Virus record (IMG/VR): IMGVR_UViG_3300042937_000703
Location: 1-37,678 of that record
DNA: 37,678 nt
Source of the DNA: a virus
Lineage: Duplodnaviria > Caudoviricetes
Strand: one strand, 5' to 3'
Below are positions 15,902-24,855 of the stretch, one piece after another. The first letter of the stretch is position 1, and each line of letters opens with the position of its first letter. The notes beneath the pieces were generated by a model that had not been told where the DNA came from, searched no databases, and saw only the letters and a list, made by a program, of their open reading frames with translations. A program made the translations under genes and the position numbers.

Positions 15902-16917
15902 TCCGGCACTCCGCTCTCGACAAGCTCGACTTGTGTCCTTGTTTTGAAAGCAACCCCGTCTCCGGCCCTGCGGCGGAGCGTGGGACTCGGATGGATGTGG
16001 CTTACCGGGGTCTTCTCATGGGGGAGCGCCAGCCGTTCCTCTCGCTCTCTGACGACGAGCAGGATGCGGTGCTGTGGGCGGTCACAACGGCCAAGGAATT
16101 GGCCGAAGGACATGAAATCATCGCTGACGAGGCGCTCCTCAAAGTGACTACTCCGCACCTTTCCCATGAAGGAACAGAGGATTCGCGGGTGAATGCGAAA
16201 TCCTTGAGCATGGACCTCAAGTCGGGCCAGCCACGCAGTTATCACAAGCAGCAGGCGGCTTACGCCCTCGGAAACATGGACCGCACTTTTGCTAAAGAGT
16301 GGGAATGTGTGTTGCTATTCTGCGACCAGCGCGAGGTCGTTCACTACCGCTACACCTACGAGGAAGCCGATGCATGGGTGAAGGGGATCGTGGCCTCGGC
16401 GACCGATCCCAACCGCCAGCCCTGCGCTAATGAGTATTGCTCATGGTGCCTCAAAAAAGACCGATGCCCACAGGTTGTCGAGCCGGTCGTTCAAACGCTG
16501 GCGACCGTTGAGTCGTCGGTTTCGCTGGCCGATGTCCGGCAGGGGATTCTGGCCGACCCGGATCGGCTGGGGAAATTCCTCAAGGCGGCGTCGATCTTTG
16601 AGAAGGAACTCCTCAAGCCGATCAAGGATGCGGCGAAGGAACTCCTCGCGGCCAATGGGGAGGTTCCCGGTTGGAAACTCCAGCACCAAAGCGGCAGCGA
16701 GTATTTCGACCGGCTGGCCATTGTCTCGGCGGCGGTGGCTGGGAAGTCGGGCCTCGATGACTTGGTCGCGGCGATGGGTGGCGACATGGGTGGCAAAGCG
16801 TTCCGCGAATGGCATGAGAAAATGCGAATGCCGGTGAGGGAGGAGAACGCGCAACGCAAGGCCGACATCGTGAAGCTCGTCGAGGACAAGCCAAAGAAAG
16901 CGAGGGCGCTGAAATGA
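15898..16917 (+). CDS. PD-(D/E)XK exonuclease, Cas4-like, probable recombination partner of Bet
   Basis: DLKSG and Q.AAYALG motifs; an N-terminal Cys plus CSWC...C. Confidence 0.75.
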   Translation: MIRHSALDKLDLCPCFESNPVSGPAAERGTRMDVAYRGLLMGERQPFLSLSDDEQDAVLWAVTTAKELAEGHEIIADEALLKVTTPHLSHEGTEDSRVNAKSLSMDLKSGQPRSYHKQQAAYALGNMDRTFAKEWECVLLFCDQREVVHYRYTYEEADAWVKGIVASATDPNRQPCANEYCSWCLKKDRCPQVVEPVVQTLATVESSVSLADVRQGILADPDRLGKFLKAASIFEKELLKPIKDAAKELLAANGEVPGWKLQHQSGSEYFDRLAIVSAAVAGKSGLDDLVAAMGGDMGGKAFREWHEKMRMPVREENAQRKADIVKLVEDKPKKARALK

Positions 16918-17180
16918 ACGATCTCCAAACCGTCATGGACCTGTTTGAGACAACCCGTGAGGACTACCTCGCCGAGGCCCGACTCGCAGCGGAATCCCTC
17001 GCCAATCAGAGGGGCGTCATCACGGTCAACGATGTTCGCGAGATGTGTCCACCTCCTGCAAACATCGACCCGCGAGTCATGGGTGCGATCTTCAAGTCAA
17101 AAGCATGGCAGAAGGTGGGCTACATGTCTTCCTCCCGCGCTCACATGAGGCCAATCGCCATGTTTGAAAGGAAGGCATGA
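16914..17180 (+). CDS. Hypothetical protein, possibly winged-helix
   Basis: ATGA-coupled 88-aa ORF; ITVNDVRE...DPRVMGAIF. Confidence 0.65.
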   Translation: MNDLQTVMDLFETTREDYLAEARLAAESLANQRGVITVNDVREMCPPPANIDPRVMGAIFKSKAWQKVGYMSSSRAHMRPIAMFERKA

Positions 17181-17181
17181 A

Positions 17182-17889
17182 ATGAGGTGGCTCAATATCG
17201 AGATCGCGAACCTCCGATCCCCGGCATTTGTCGGGGCGGAACCGGTCGAGCGGGCGACATGGTTGTCGCTTCTGGCTTACTGCTCCGACCAAGAAAACGG
17301 CGGAGTCATTAAGGGTTGCCGGGAGTGGAAAGACCGGCAATGGCAAATGACCTGCGGAGTGTTGGCCAGCGAGGTTTCCGCACAAGCCCAACTTTGGGCG
17401 TGGCGCGGGAATGATCTACGCGTTGCCTACTATCCGGTTGCGAAGGAAGCAGAGGTTCAAGCAAAACGGCAATTTGCTTCGCGTGGTGGTCAAGCAAGTG
17501 GTGAAGCACGACGCGAAGCTCAGCTTGAAGCTCAGCTTGAAGCTCAGCTTGAAGCTAAGGTTCAACCACAAGGTGAAGCAGGTGGTTCACAGGATGGCGA
17601 AGCTGACCTCGAACGGAAAGGAAAGGAAAGGAATGTAATGGAAGGGAAAGGAAAGGAAGTAGGTCGCTCCGCTCCTCAAAGCAACGCCTACCTTCTCGAT
17701 GAGGAGTTCTGGGCGGAGATGCGGCGGCATTATCCGGGCATCGATGTCGATGCGGAGTCCCGCAAGATGGACGCATGGCTCCTCGCCCGCCCCGGACGCA
17801 AGAAGACCCGTCAGTTTGTCATCAACTGGCTGAACAAGGTGGAACCGGCGCTCGCGCCAGCCAAAGTCGAGGAGGTCGAACAATGGTAG
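17182..17889 (+). CDS. Putative replication initiator (lambda O-like position)
   Basis: Immediately precedes the DnaC-like ATPase; has an internal repeat-rich linker followed by KGKE repeats. Confidence 0.65.
   Translation: MRWLNIEIANLRSPAFVGAEPVERATWLSLLAYCSDQENGGVIKGCREWKDRQWQMTCGVLASEVSAQAQLWAWRGNDLRVAYYPVAKEAEVQAKRQFASRGGQASGEARREAQLEAQLEAQLEAKVQPQGEAGGSQDGEADLERKGKERNVMEGKGKEVGRSAPQSNAYLLDEEFWAEMRRHYPGIDVDAESRKMDAWLLARPGRKKTRQFVINWLNKVEPALAPAKVEEVEQW
17515..17556 (+). repeat. Tandem 12-bp repeat GAAGCTCAGCTT x3.5 (candidate iterons)
   Basis: Read directly; followed by GGAAA runs at about 17615-17658. Confidence 0.8.
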
Positions 17890-18578
17890 CCACGGTCCAA
17901 TGCTGCGCGAGCGAGTCGTGCTACAACTCGGTGCCGGTTCCGGGCGATGATCTGCTGCGGATTTTTCCGAACATCAAAATCCTCTGCGACGAGTGCGATC
18001 TCGAAAGAATCGAAAGGCTGAAGCAGGAGCAGGCCGCAGAGGAGCAGGAGAGGCGGCAGGAGGCGTTCAATGCCCTCTGTCCTCCACTCTACCGCGAAAG
18101 CGACCTCGGACGCATTCCTGCGGCCTTCCTGCGCGAATGCGAGGCATGGCGCTTTAATCCGGTTGGACTCGGTCTCGTCGGTCCTGCGGGTTGCGGGAAG
18201 ACGCGGGCGGCGTGGATACTGCTGAAGCGCCTGCATTTTGAGAACTTGCGAGTCTTTGGCATCACCTCCACGGGATTTGCGAAAGCCTGCGCCGACCAGT
18301 GGCACGACAATCCGCAGGCCAAGGCGCTCGCCGAGGACACGCTGACCCGTTGCCGCCGGACGAAGGTGCTGCTGCTCGATGACCTCGGCAAGCAGAAGAT
18401 GACCGAGCGCAGCGAGTTGGAACTCTTCGATTTGCTGGAACACCGATCCTCCCATGAACTGCCGGTGATCTGGACGGCCAACGCCGCCAAGGGCGACCTT
18501 AGAAAAATGCTCTCGTCAGATCGTGGCGAGCCGATCCTCCGGCGGTTATCGGAGTTTACGAAAATTATCAATACATGA
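17883..18578 (+). CDS. DnaC/IstB-like AAA+ helicase loader
   Basis: Walker A GPAGCGKT, Walker B LLLDDLG, and an N-terminal Cys cluster. Confidence 0.88.
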   Translation: MVATVQCCASESCYNSVPVPGDDLLRIFPNIKILCDECDLERIERLKQEQAAEEQERRQEAFNALCPPLYRESDLGRIPAAFLRECEAWRFNPVGLGLVGPAGCGKTRAAWILLKRLHFENLRVFGITSTGFAKACADQWHDNPQAKALAEDTLTRCRRTKVLLLDDLGKQKMTERSELELFDLLEHRSSHELPVIWTANAAKGDLRKMLSSDRGEPILRRLSEFTKIINT

Positions 18579-18871
18579 GTCAAAAAATACCAATAAAAAA
18601 AGCAAGACTATATTGGAACGAAGAAACTGGAGATGTTTTAGTTGCTGATGAAAAACACCCAGCAAAAAACGAATGTGTAAAATATCCATGCTGGATTTGC
18701 GTTGGCGGCGATGCCAAGGCATTTACTCAAGTAAAAGCCATAGCTGATTTATTTGGTGAATTGTTTTGGCTATGGGAGCATGAGCGCATCAATCTTAAAG
18801 GGGCGCTTGTTGAAATTCGTAAAATTGAGGGCGTCACAGAATGCCTTGATGAAAGACGCATTTGGATATGA
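18575..18871 (+). CDS. Hypothetical protein, AT-rich
   Basis: 98-aa ORF whose start overlaps the DnaC-like stop. Confidence 0.6.
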   Translation: MSQKIPIKKARLYWNEETGDVLVADEKHPAKNECVKYPCWICVGGDAKAFTQVKAIADLFGELFWLWEHERINLKGALVEIRKIEGVTECLDERRIWI

Positions 18872-18880
18872 GCTACAAAG

Positions 18881-18895
18881 TTTTGACTGATACCA
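18881..18895 (+). promoter_or_regulatory. 15-bp motif copy, 1 nt before ATG 18897
   Basis: Exact copy; function inferred. Confidence 0.7.
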
Positions 18896-18896
18896 T

Positions 18897-19085
18897 ATGA
18901 ACACACTAGAACACTACATCGAGGCGCATCGGCTCAACGAAACCGAGGTGATGAACATCCTGCAAGACCACGGGGTGATTTCCGACAACTGCGTGAGCGC
19001 AGCGGAGGTCGCTGGGTCCGGCAAGGCGGTCGCCTTTTTGAACACTCTCCCACCAGACGAACAACCAATACAAAACCAACCATGA
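18897..19085 (+). CDS. Hypothetical protein
   Basis: 62-aa ORF whose ATG is 1 nt after a copy of the 15-bp motif. Confidence 0.65.
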   Translation: MNTLEHYIEAHRLNETEVMNILQDHGVISDNCVSAAEVAGSGKAVAFLNTLPPDEQPIQNQP

Positions 19086-19357
19086 TCACATTAAGCATTG
19101 ATGTAACCCAACTCGACAAAGCCCGCTTCAAGCGGATCACCCGCAAGAACGGCAAGGAGGCGGTCTTTGCCGACCTCATCCTCATCGACACCCCGGACGG
19201 TCAGTTCGGCGACTACATGGTCAAACAATCGGTCTCCAAGGCCGAGCGTGAAGACGGTCTCCAACTGCCCATCCTCGGCAACGCCAAGCATGTCGAGAAA
19301 ACCGAAAAAACAACCCCACGACCAGCAACCACTGAAAGTGACGAAATCCCCTTCTAA
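19082..19357 (+). CDS. Putative single-stranded DNA-binding protein
   Basis: Beta-rich body with an acidic SSB-type C-terminal tail (SDEIPF). Confidence 0.6.
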   Translation: MITLSIDVTQLDKARFKRITRKNGKEAVFADLILIDTPDGQFGDYMVKQSVSKAEREDGLQLPILGNAKHVEKTEKTTPRPATTESDEIPF

Positions 19358-19631
19358 AGACTACCATCTCGAAGGGGTCCGAGACTTAGCCTGCAACATC
19401 ATCTTGCAGGCGGTCGAGGACATCTGGAACCGCAAAAGATACAAATCCAAACACCAAAGGGCAATCATGGTGGAGGCTCGGCGGTCGGCTCGGCATTTCT
19501 TCAAAAACCGAGCGTTCAAGCAAGTCTGCTCCACGATGGATTTACCTGCGGACAAAATCAAAGATGCGGCATTCTACCCGGCGAAATACCCCGAAATTAT
19601 CAAGATGCTACGGGAGCGAAAAAAACGATGA
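19338..19631 (+). CDS. Hypothetical helical protein (possible transcription regulator)
   Basis: Probable GTG start; LACNIILQAVED...ARHFF pattern. Confidence 0.5.
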   Translation: MTKSPSKDYHLEGVRDLACNIILQAVEDIWNRKRYKSKHQRAIMVEARRSARHFFKNRAFKQVCSTMDLPADKIKDAAFYPAKYPEIIKMLRERKKR

Positions 19632-19837
19632 GTGATACACCAGAGACGGATTTCCATTGCTGGACTGACAACTCGGAAGAGTTGTTGATTGCCGTGTGCC
19701 ATGCGGATTTTTGTCGCAAACTAGAACGCGAACGCAACGAGGCGAGATATTTACTGAAACACGCGCAGTCTGCTTTGGACGCAATTCATTTAGAAATTGG
19801 CGGATGGATCAAAACAATGACGGTGGAATCAAAATGA
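19628..19837 (+). CDS. Hypothetical coiled-coil protein
   Basis: MSDTPETD...CRKLERERNEAR; ATGA-coupled on both sides. Confidence 0.65.
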   Translation: MSDTPETDFHCWTDNSEELLIAVCHADFCRKLERERNEARYLLKHAQSALDAIHLEIGGWIKTMTVESK

Positions 19838-20247
19838 ACTGGACACATGAGCAACTCAGACAACTCGGATACACCGAATCCAGCCCGGGAGTGTTCACTC
19901 ACTCTTCAACTGCGGGGATACCTCACGCCCAGCCTCAACCGGCTCCTCGGCCAGCACTGGACGACACTCCAAAAGGAGAAAGTCCGCGCCCGCCGCGCAC
20001 TCGACTCCGCATTGAAAGAAAATCCGTTCGCTTACTTGATGCAGACAACTTCGCAGGCGGATGCAAGCCACTCATCGACCAGTTGCGCTACGCGAAACTC
20101 ATCCCGGACGACGATCCAGAAAGTGTCGAAATCCTCTTTGTCCAAAGCAAAGTCAAAACCAAGAAAGAAGAAATGACCCAGATCGAAATAGCAATACAGG
20201 GGGAGTATGAGGGGGAGATTCCCAATACTTGTCAAGATCAATTTTGA
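19834..20247 (+). CDS. RusA-like Holliday junction resolvase (catalytic part)
   Basis: RLLDADNFAGGCKPLIDQL...LIPDDD matches the RusA DxDN...K...D...DD pattern. Confidence 0.7.
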   Translation: MNWTHEQLRQLGYTESSPGVFTHSSTAGIPHAQPQPAPRPALDDTPKGESPRPPRTRLRIERKSVRLLDADNFAGGCKPLIDQLRYAKLIPDDDPESVEILFVQSKVKTKKEEMTQIEIAIQGEYEGEIPNTCQDQF

Positions 20248-20256
20248 CTGATACCA
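20242..20256 (+). promoter_or_regulatory. 15-bp motif copy, 8 nt before the terS ATG
   Basis: Exact copy; function inferred. Confidence 0.7.
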
Positions 20257-20264
20257 TCAACCCT

Positions 20265-20630
20265 ATGAAATTGAACCCGAAACAAGAGGCTTTTTGCCAA
20301 GGGGTCGCGAGCGGATTGTCGCTCACCCAAGCCTACATCCGCGCCGGTTACTCGGAAAAGGGAGCCGGACAGGGAGGCGAGCGATTGTTGAAAAATGTTG
20401 AAATCAGCAAGCGAGTGGAGGAACTCCGTGCCAAATCCGAGGCGAAACTCACCTACAAACGCGAGACCTACCTCGAAACACTCCGCGAGCGGTTCATGGA
20501 AATGCCGCCGGAATCGGCGACCTGCGCGAAGTATGGTGAGATGCTGGCCAAGGCGATGGGATGGAACGAGCCGGAAAAGATCGAGGTGGCCGGGGCCATG
20601 GACATCAACATCCGCATCGGTGGCCATTAA
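20265..20630 (+). CDS. terS: Terminase small subunit
   Basis: LNPKQEAFC...TQAYIRAGYSEK motif; directly upstream of TerL. Confidence 0.88.
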   Translation: MKLNPKQEAFCQGVASGLSLTQAYIRAGYSEKGAGQGGERLLKNVEISKRVEELRAKSEAKLTYKRETYLETLRERFMEMPPESATCAKYGEMLAKAMGWNEPEKIEVAGAMDINIRIGGH

Positions 20631-21942
20631 CATCGACATCATCCCGCGCCCGCAGTTGGCGAGCTACCTGCACCGGACGCAACGCTGGTCGGTGATGGTG
20701 CTGCACCGCCGCGCCGGGAAGTCGTTTGTGTGCATCCAAGACTTGATCGCCAAGGCGCTCTCGCACAAGCGCAGCGGACCGCCCCTCCGCTACGCCTATG
20801 TGGCTCCGACCCGCGAGCAGGCGAAGGACATCGCGTGGAAATACCTCGTTCAGTTCACTAGCCAAATCCCCGGGGTGGTGATCAACAAGGCCGATCTCGC
20901 GATCACCTTCCACAACGAGGCCACGATCCGGCTTTACTCGGGCGAAGCCTACGAGCGCCTGCGCGGAATCTATCTCGATGGCGTGGTCATGGACGAGGCC
21001 GCCGACCTCGACCCAGCGGCATGGGACAATGTCATCCGACCCACACTCACCGACTACCAAGGCTGGGCAACATGGGTGGGAACGCCGAAAGGGCGAAACA
21101 TTTTCTGGAAAATGTGGAACCGTGCGTGTGCGGACAACGAGTGGTTCACGCTCATGCTCAAGGCGAGCGAGAGCCACATCATTCCCGAGGAGGAACTCAC
21201 CGACATCCGGCGTGGGACCACGGAAAATGCCTACCAGCAGGAATACGAGTGCAGCTTCAACATCGGTCGCCCGGGCGCGATCTATGTTCGCTCACTCGAA
21301 AAGGCGCGAGCCGAGAAACGGGTCACAAATGACATCCTGTGGTTCAAGGAACTCCCGACATACACAAGCTGGGATGTGGGCGCTCCGCTCAACCAGAAGG
21401 TGTGGATTTGGCAGATGGTGGGCGACCGCATCAACTATCTGGAATCCCTTTCCGGGTCCGATGAATGCAAGACGCCTGCGGATTGGGCGGCGCGGCTCAA
21501 GGACCGGCAGTATGCCTACGGGGGGCATTACATCCCGCATGACGCCGCAGCGGAAGTGGGAGGACTCTGGCAGGAGGCGCTCGCTCGCAGCGGGCTAACC
21601 GGCGTGGTGCCGGTGCCAAGGCAGAACTCGGTATGGGACGGGATCAACTTGGCGAATGATGCGTTCCCGCGCATCTCGATGAACGAGGCCGGGTGCGCGG
21701 ACGGCATCGAGGCGCTCGACGCCTACCATTCCAAAGAAGAACGCGATGGGGTGACGATCAAAGATGTGCCGGTGCATGATTGGAGCAGTCACTTCTGCGA
21801 TGCGTTCAGTCTCTCGCACCAGGCTATCAAGCGCGGGATGGTGATCGACCGCTCCGCAATCCCACGGAAAGCCGAGCGGCACGAAGCAACCCGAGTCATG
21901 GCAGGATTCCGAGGCGGTGGATTCGGAAAGGTGCGACGGTGA
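20620..21942 (+). CDS. terL: Terminase large subunit
   Basis: Walker A-like HRRAGKS, YVAPTREQAK, Walker B VVMDEA, GTPKG and nuclease HDWSSHFCDA. Probable GTG start at 20620. Confidence 0.93.
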   Translation: MAINIDIIPRPQLASYLHRTQRWSVMVLHRRAGKSFVCIQDLIAKALSHKRSGPPLRYAYVAPTREQAKDIAWKYLVQFTSQIPGVVINKADLAITFHNEATIRLYSGEAYERLRGIYLDGVVMDEAADLDPAAWDNVIRPTLTDYQGWATWVGTPKGRNIFWKMWNRACADNEWFTLMLKASESHIIPEEELTDIRRGTTENAYQQEYECSFNIGRPGAIYVRSLEKARAEKRVTNDILWFKELPTYTSWDVGAPLNQKVWIWQMVGDRINYLESLSGSDECKTPADWAARLKDRQYAYGGHYIPHDAAAEVGGLWQEALARSGLTGVVPVPRQNSVWDGINLANDAFPRISMNEAGCADGIEALDAYHSKEERDGVTIKDVPVHDWSSHFCDAFSLSHQAIKRGMVIDRSAIPRKAERHEATRVMAGFRGGGFGKVRR

Positions 21943-22334
21943 ATCGCGAACTGGAACTCCAAATCCTCGATCTCTACCGGCGCTACCCGCAGCCGCGATC
22001 CTTCGCCGAGGAGGTGGAATTGACCGCATGGAATGGCGTGGTCATCAACACCGAGGACTTCTTCATGCTCGCCCGCCCGGTGGATATTTTTGACGCCGAG
22101 GAACGCTGGCGCGATGCGGCTCACGCATACCACAGGTTGTGTCAGAACTGCTGGCTGATCACTATATATAGTGGTATCAGTCAAAATAACCCTTGCAACT
22201 TTGCTCCGTATCGTCTCCCCTACATCGCATGGAGTCGGCGAGACCGCCCGCTCCGAGTTTACGAAACCCAAAAACTCCAAAAGCGATGCGACTTACTGAC
22301 CACGAAATCAACCCCATCCTCTCTCCCTGCCTAG
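21939..22334 (+). CDS. Hypothetical protein
   Basis: GTG start overlaps the TerL stop; 131 aa. Confidence 0.6.
   Translation: MNRELELQILDLYRRYPQPRSFAEEVELTAWNGVVINTEDFFMLARPVDIFDAEERWRDAAHAYHRLCQNCWLITIYSGISQNNPCNFAPYRLPYIAWSRRDRPLRVYETQKLQKRCDLLTTKSTPSSLPA
22172..22186 (-). promoter_or_regulatory. 15-bp motif copy in inverted orientation, inside a CDS
   Basis: TGGTATCAGTCAAAA on the + strand is the exact reverse complement. Confidence 0.65.
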
Positions 22335-22675
22335 CTTGGTTCGGAGGAGGAAGCAAAGGACCAAGCAAGCAAGAGAAGCAGGCCGCGCAACAGCAGCAAC
22401 AGCAGATGCAGCAAGCCGCCGCGCAGCAAGCCGCCGCGCAGCGCCAGCAGATGGAAATGCAACGCCAGCAGTTTGAGGAGCAAAAACGCCAGCAGGAGGA
22501 AATGCTCCGCCAGATGGAAGCCAACAAGCCCGCGCCCGGAGCGCAGGTTGACCCCGGCAACCCGCAGGCCGACATGGCGGCAGAGACCGCTCGTCGCAAG
22601 GGAATGCGGAAATCCATCCTCGCCGGGGAATCCTCGCAGGCTCCCATGACGACCGGCTACTCGACCCTCGGTTGA
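22286..22675 (+). CDS. Small Gln-rich virion protein preceding the portal (T7 gp7.3-like position)
   Basis: FGGGSK near the N-terminus and an RRKGMRKSILAG...STLG C-terminus, as seen in podovirus pre-portal proteins. Confidence 0.65.
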   Translation: MRLTDHEINPILSPCLAWFGGGSKGPSKQEKQAAQQQQQQMQQAAAQQAAAQRQQMEMQRQQFEEQKRQQEEMLRQMEANKPAPGAQVDPGNPQADMAAETARRKGMRKSILAGESSQAPMTTGYSTLG

Positions 22676-22680
22676 TTCAG

Positions 22681-22695
22681 TTTTGACTGATACCA
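22681..22695 (+). promoter_or_regulatory. 15-bp motif copy, 1 nt before the portal ATG
   Basis: Exact copy; function inferred. Confidence 0.7.
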
Positions 22696-22696
22696 A

Positions 22697-24367
22697 ATGA
22701 CCGGAAAAAATCCCGAACTCGCCGACAAGGTTTTGCAGCGCCATGCGGAACTAGTGCATCAGCGGGCGACATGGGAATCTCTCTGGGAAGACATCGCGAA
22801 GTATGTGATGCCGCGCAAGGCGACGATGTTTACGCAGACGACCTCGCCATCCACCGAAGACGAGGCGCAACTCTTCGACGCCACCGCCGTGCGGGCAAAC
22901 ATGATTTTGGCCAATGGCCAACTTTCGTGGATGACGCCGCTCGAAAGCCGGTGGTTTTCGCTGGAGCCGCCGAAGGCGATGGAGAGCGAGGACGAGATCG
23001 AGCAATGGTTCAAACGCTGCACCGAGGTCATGCAGGCCGAACTCAGCCGGTCGAATTTCTACACCGAAATCCACGAACTCTATCTCGACCGTGGCGCGTT
23101 CGGCACGGCGGCGATCTTGGTGGAAGCCGGGAAGAACAATTCTCTCAACTTCACCAAGCTCGATCTCGGATCGTTTGCGATCTCCGAGGACGACGAGGGC
23201 TATGTCGATACACTCTCCCGCGAATACGAGATGACGGCACGGCAGGCTGCGCTCAAGTTCGGCGTCGAGAACCTCACCGACTCGATGAAGAAGGAACTGG
23301 AGAAGCCCAACTCCAACCGCAAATTTTCCTGTGTCCATCTCATCGCCCCTCGCGGCCCGGGCGAGATCGAGCAAGGCAAGCGAGACGCCGAGAACAAACC
23401 CTATGCCAGCGTGTATGTGGACAAGGCGAGCAAGCATGTCTTTTTGTCCTCTGGCTTCGATGAGCAACCGTTCTTCGTCACCCGCTACCTCAAGTGGAAG
23501 AACTCGGAGTGCTATGGCTACTCGCCATCGTGGACCGCGCTGCCGGAATGCAAGCAACTCAACTTCCTTGAAAAGCAACTCGACTCGCTCGCCGAGATTC
23601 ATGCGTTCCCTCGCATTCTGATCCCTGCTGGATTCGATGGCGACATCGACCTCCGCGCCGGGGGTGTGACCTATTTCGACCCGAACAATCCCAACGCCAC
23701 GCCACGGGAATGGGGAACCAATGGGCGCTACGATATCGGTGTCGAGCGGGCCGAGCAGAAGCGCAAGGCGATCAACGAAGCCTTCCATGTGGACTTGTTC
23801 CAGATGTTCGCGCAGTTGCAAAAACAGATGACCGCCCGCGAAGTCGCCGAGCGAGCCAGCGAGAAGTTGATCCAATTTTCACCGACCTTTGCGCGACTCA
23901 CCACGGAGCTATTCAATCCGCTCCTTCGCCGGGTCTTTGCGATCCTCGCTCGCGCTGGCAAGTTCCCTCCCCCACCCCAACAACTCACGATGGTCGGTTA
24001 CATCCCCGAACCGGATGTCGCCTACAACTCCCGAATCGCCCTCGCGATCAAGTCTCTCGAAAACGCTGCCTTCATCCGAACCAGCGAGATGCTTCTGCCC
24101 TATGTGCAGATCAAGCCCGACATGCTCGATAATTTCGACTTCGATGAAATCTGCCGCGACATGGCGAGGAACGATGGTCTTCCCGCCCGCTGGCTCATGG
24201 AGGAGGAAATGGTCGCGCAACAACGAGCCGCCCGCGCCCAAGCTCAACAGCAAGCCATGCAGGCGCAGCAGATGGAGCAGGCCGCAAGCGCCCTCGGCAA
24301 AGCTGGAAGCGTCAAACAGGATTCCGCTCTCGCCGGGATGCTCCCCGGCATGATGGGACAAGCGTGA
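22697..24367 (+). CDS. Portal (head-tail connector) protein, podovirus type
   Basis: 556 aa; FDATA, WFSL, FGTA, YGYSP and MTAREV motifs; Gln-rich C-terminus. Confidence 0.92.
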   Translation: MTGKNPELADKVLQRHAELVHQRATWESLWEDIAKYVMPRKATMFTQTTSPSTEDEAQLFDATAVRANMILANGQLSWMTPLESRWFSLEPPKAMESEDEIEQWFKRCTEVMQAELSRSNFYTEIHELYLDRGAFGTAAILVEAGKNNSLNFTKLDLGSFAISEDDEGYVDTLSREYEMTARQAALKFGVENLTDSMKKELEKPNSNRKFSCVHLIAPRGPGEIEQGKRDAENKPYASVYVDKASKHVFLSSGFDEQPFFVTRYLKWKNSECYGYSPSWTALPECKQLNFLEKQLDSLAEIHAFPRILIPAGFDGDIDLRAGGVTYFDPNNPNATPREWGTNGRYDIGVERAEQKRKAINEAFHVDLFQMFAQLQKQMTAREVAERASEKLIQFSPTFARLTTELFNPLLRRVFAILARAGKFPPPPQQLTMVGYIPEPDVAYNSRIALAIKSLENAAFIRTSEMLLPYVQIKPDMLDNFDFDEICRDMARNDGLPARWLMEEEMVAQQRAARAQAQQQAMQAQQMEQAASALGKAGSVKQDSALAGMLPGMMGQA

Positions 24368-24660
24368 TGGCTCCCGAGGACAAAGCCGCCGCCCTTCGCC
24401 GCGAGCGTGAGCGCCAGAAAACGACCAACGCCTACCACCGTGTGTTCAGCACCAAGGAAGGCCAAGCGGTCATCGCCGACCTCAAGGCGCAGTTCGCCAC
24501 CGAAAGCCAAGTCTTCCTGCCTGGTTACGATTTCAACCCTGTGGTCGCCGCCCTTCGCGATGGCCAGCGCGGTGTCGTCCTTCACATCGAATCGGTCCTC
24601 CGCAGGCCGGTCATCGCAGACGGCGACATCGAGACTCCCAAACGCAAAGTGAAAAAATGA
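24364..24660 (+). CDS. Small conserved post-portal protein (Bbp19-like)
   Basis: YHRVFSTKEGQAVIADL...ALRDGQRGVVLHI pattern and position. Confidence 0.7.
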   Translation: MMAPEDKAAALRRERERQKTTNAYHRVFSTKEGQAVIADLKAQFATESQVFLPGYDFNPVVAALRDGQRGVVLHIESVLRRPVIADGDIETPKRKVKK

Positions 24661-24830
24661 GCAAGAAATCCAAACAAGACGACATCCCGCCACGCCCCGA
24701 AATGGACCCCATGCTCGGCGACAAAACCATCGCCCTCGTTGAGTGGCTGCGCGACTACGCGCCCGAGGAATTTCAGAAAGCCTACGCCGGACGCTCGACC
24801 CATCTCGGTTACCACCCGGTCGAAAACTGA
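24657..24830 (+). CDS. Hypothetical protein (57 aa; not in the ORF track)
   Basis: MSKKSKQDDIPPRPEMDPMLGDKT...; ATGA overlap; fills the gap before the scaffold gene. Confidence 0.6.
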   Translation: MSKKSKQDDIPPRPEMDPMLGDKTIALVEWLRDYAPEEFQKAYAGRSTHLGYHPVEN

Positions 24831-24837
24831 CGCGCAG

Positions 24838-24852
24838 TTTTGACTGATACCA
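24838..24852 (+). promoter_or_regulatory. 15-bp motif copy, 3 nt before the scaffold ATG
   Basis: Exact copy; function inferred. Confidence 0.7.
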
Positions 24853-24855
24853 TTT

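Noticed and set aside
15898-16917. Cas4-like nuclease as part of a CRISPR system
   Set aside because: No repeat-spacer array or other cas genes were seen. Its position next to Bet/RecT fits a recombination exonuclease.
22172-22186. Similarity of TGGTATCAG to the tRNA-iMet primer-binding site of plant retroelements
   Set aside because: Only 9 nt match, no reverse transcriptase is encoded, and the phage tRNA 3' end is not complementary to it. Treated as coincidence.
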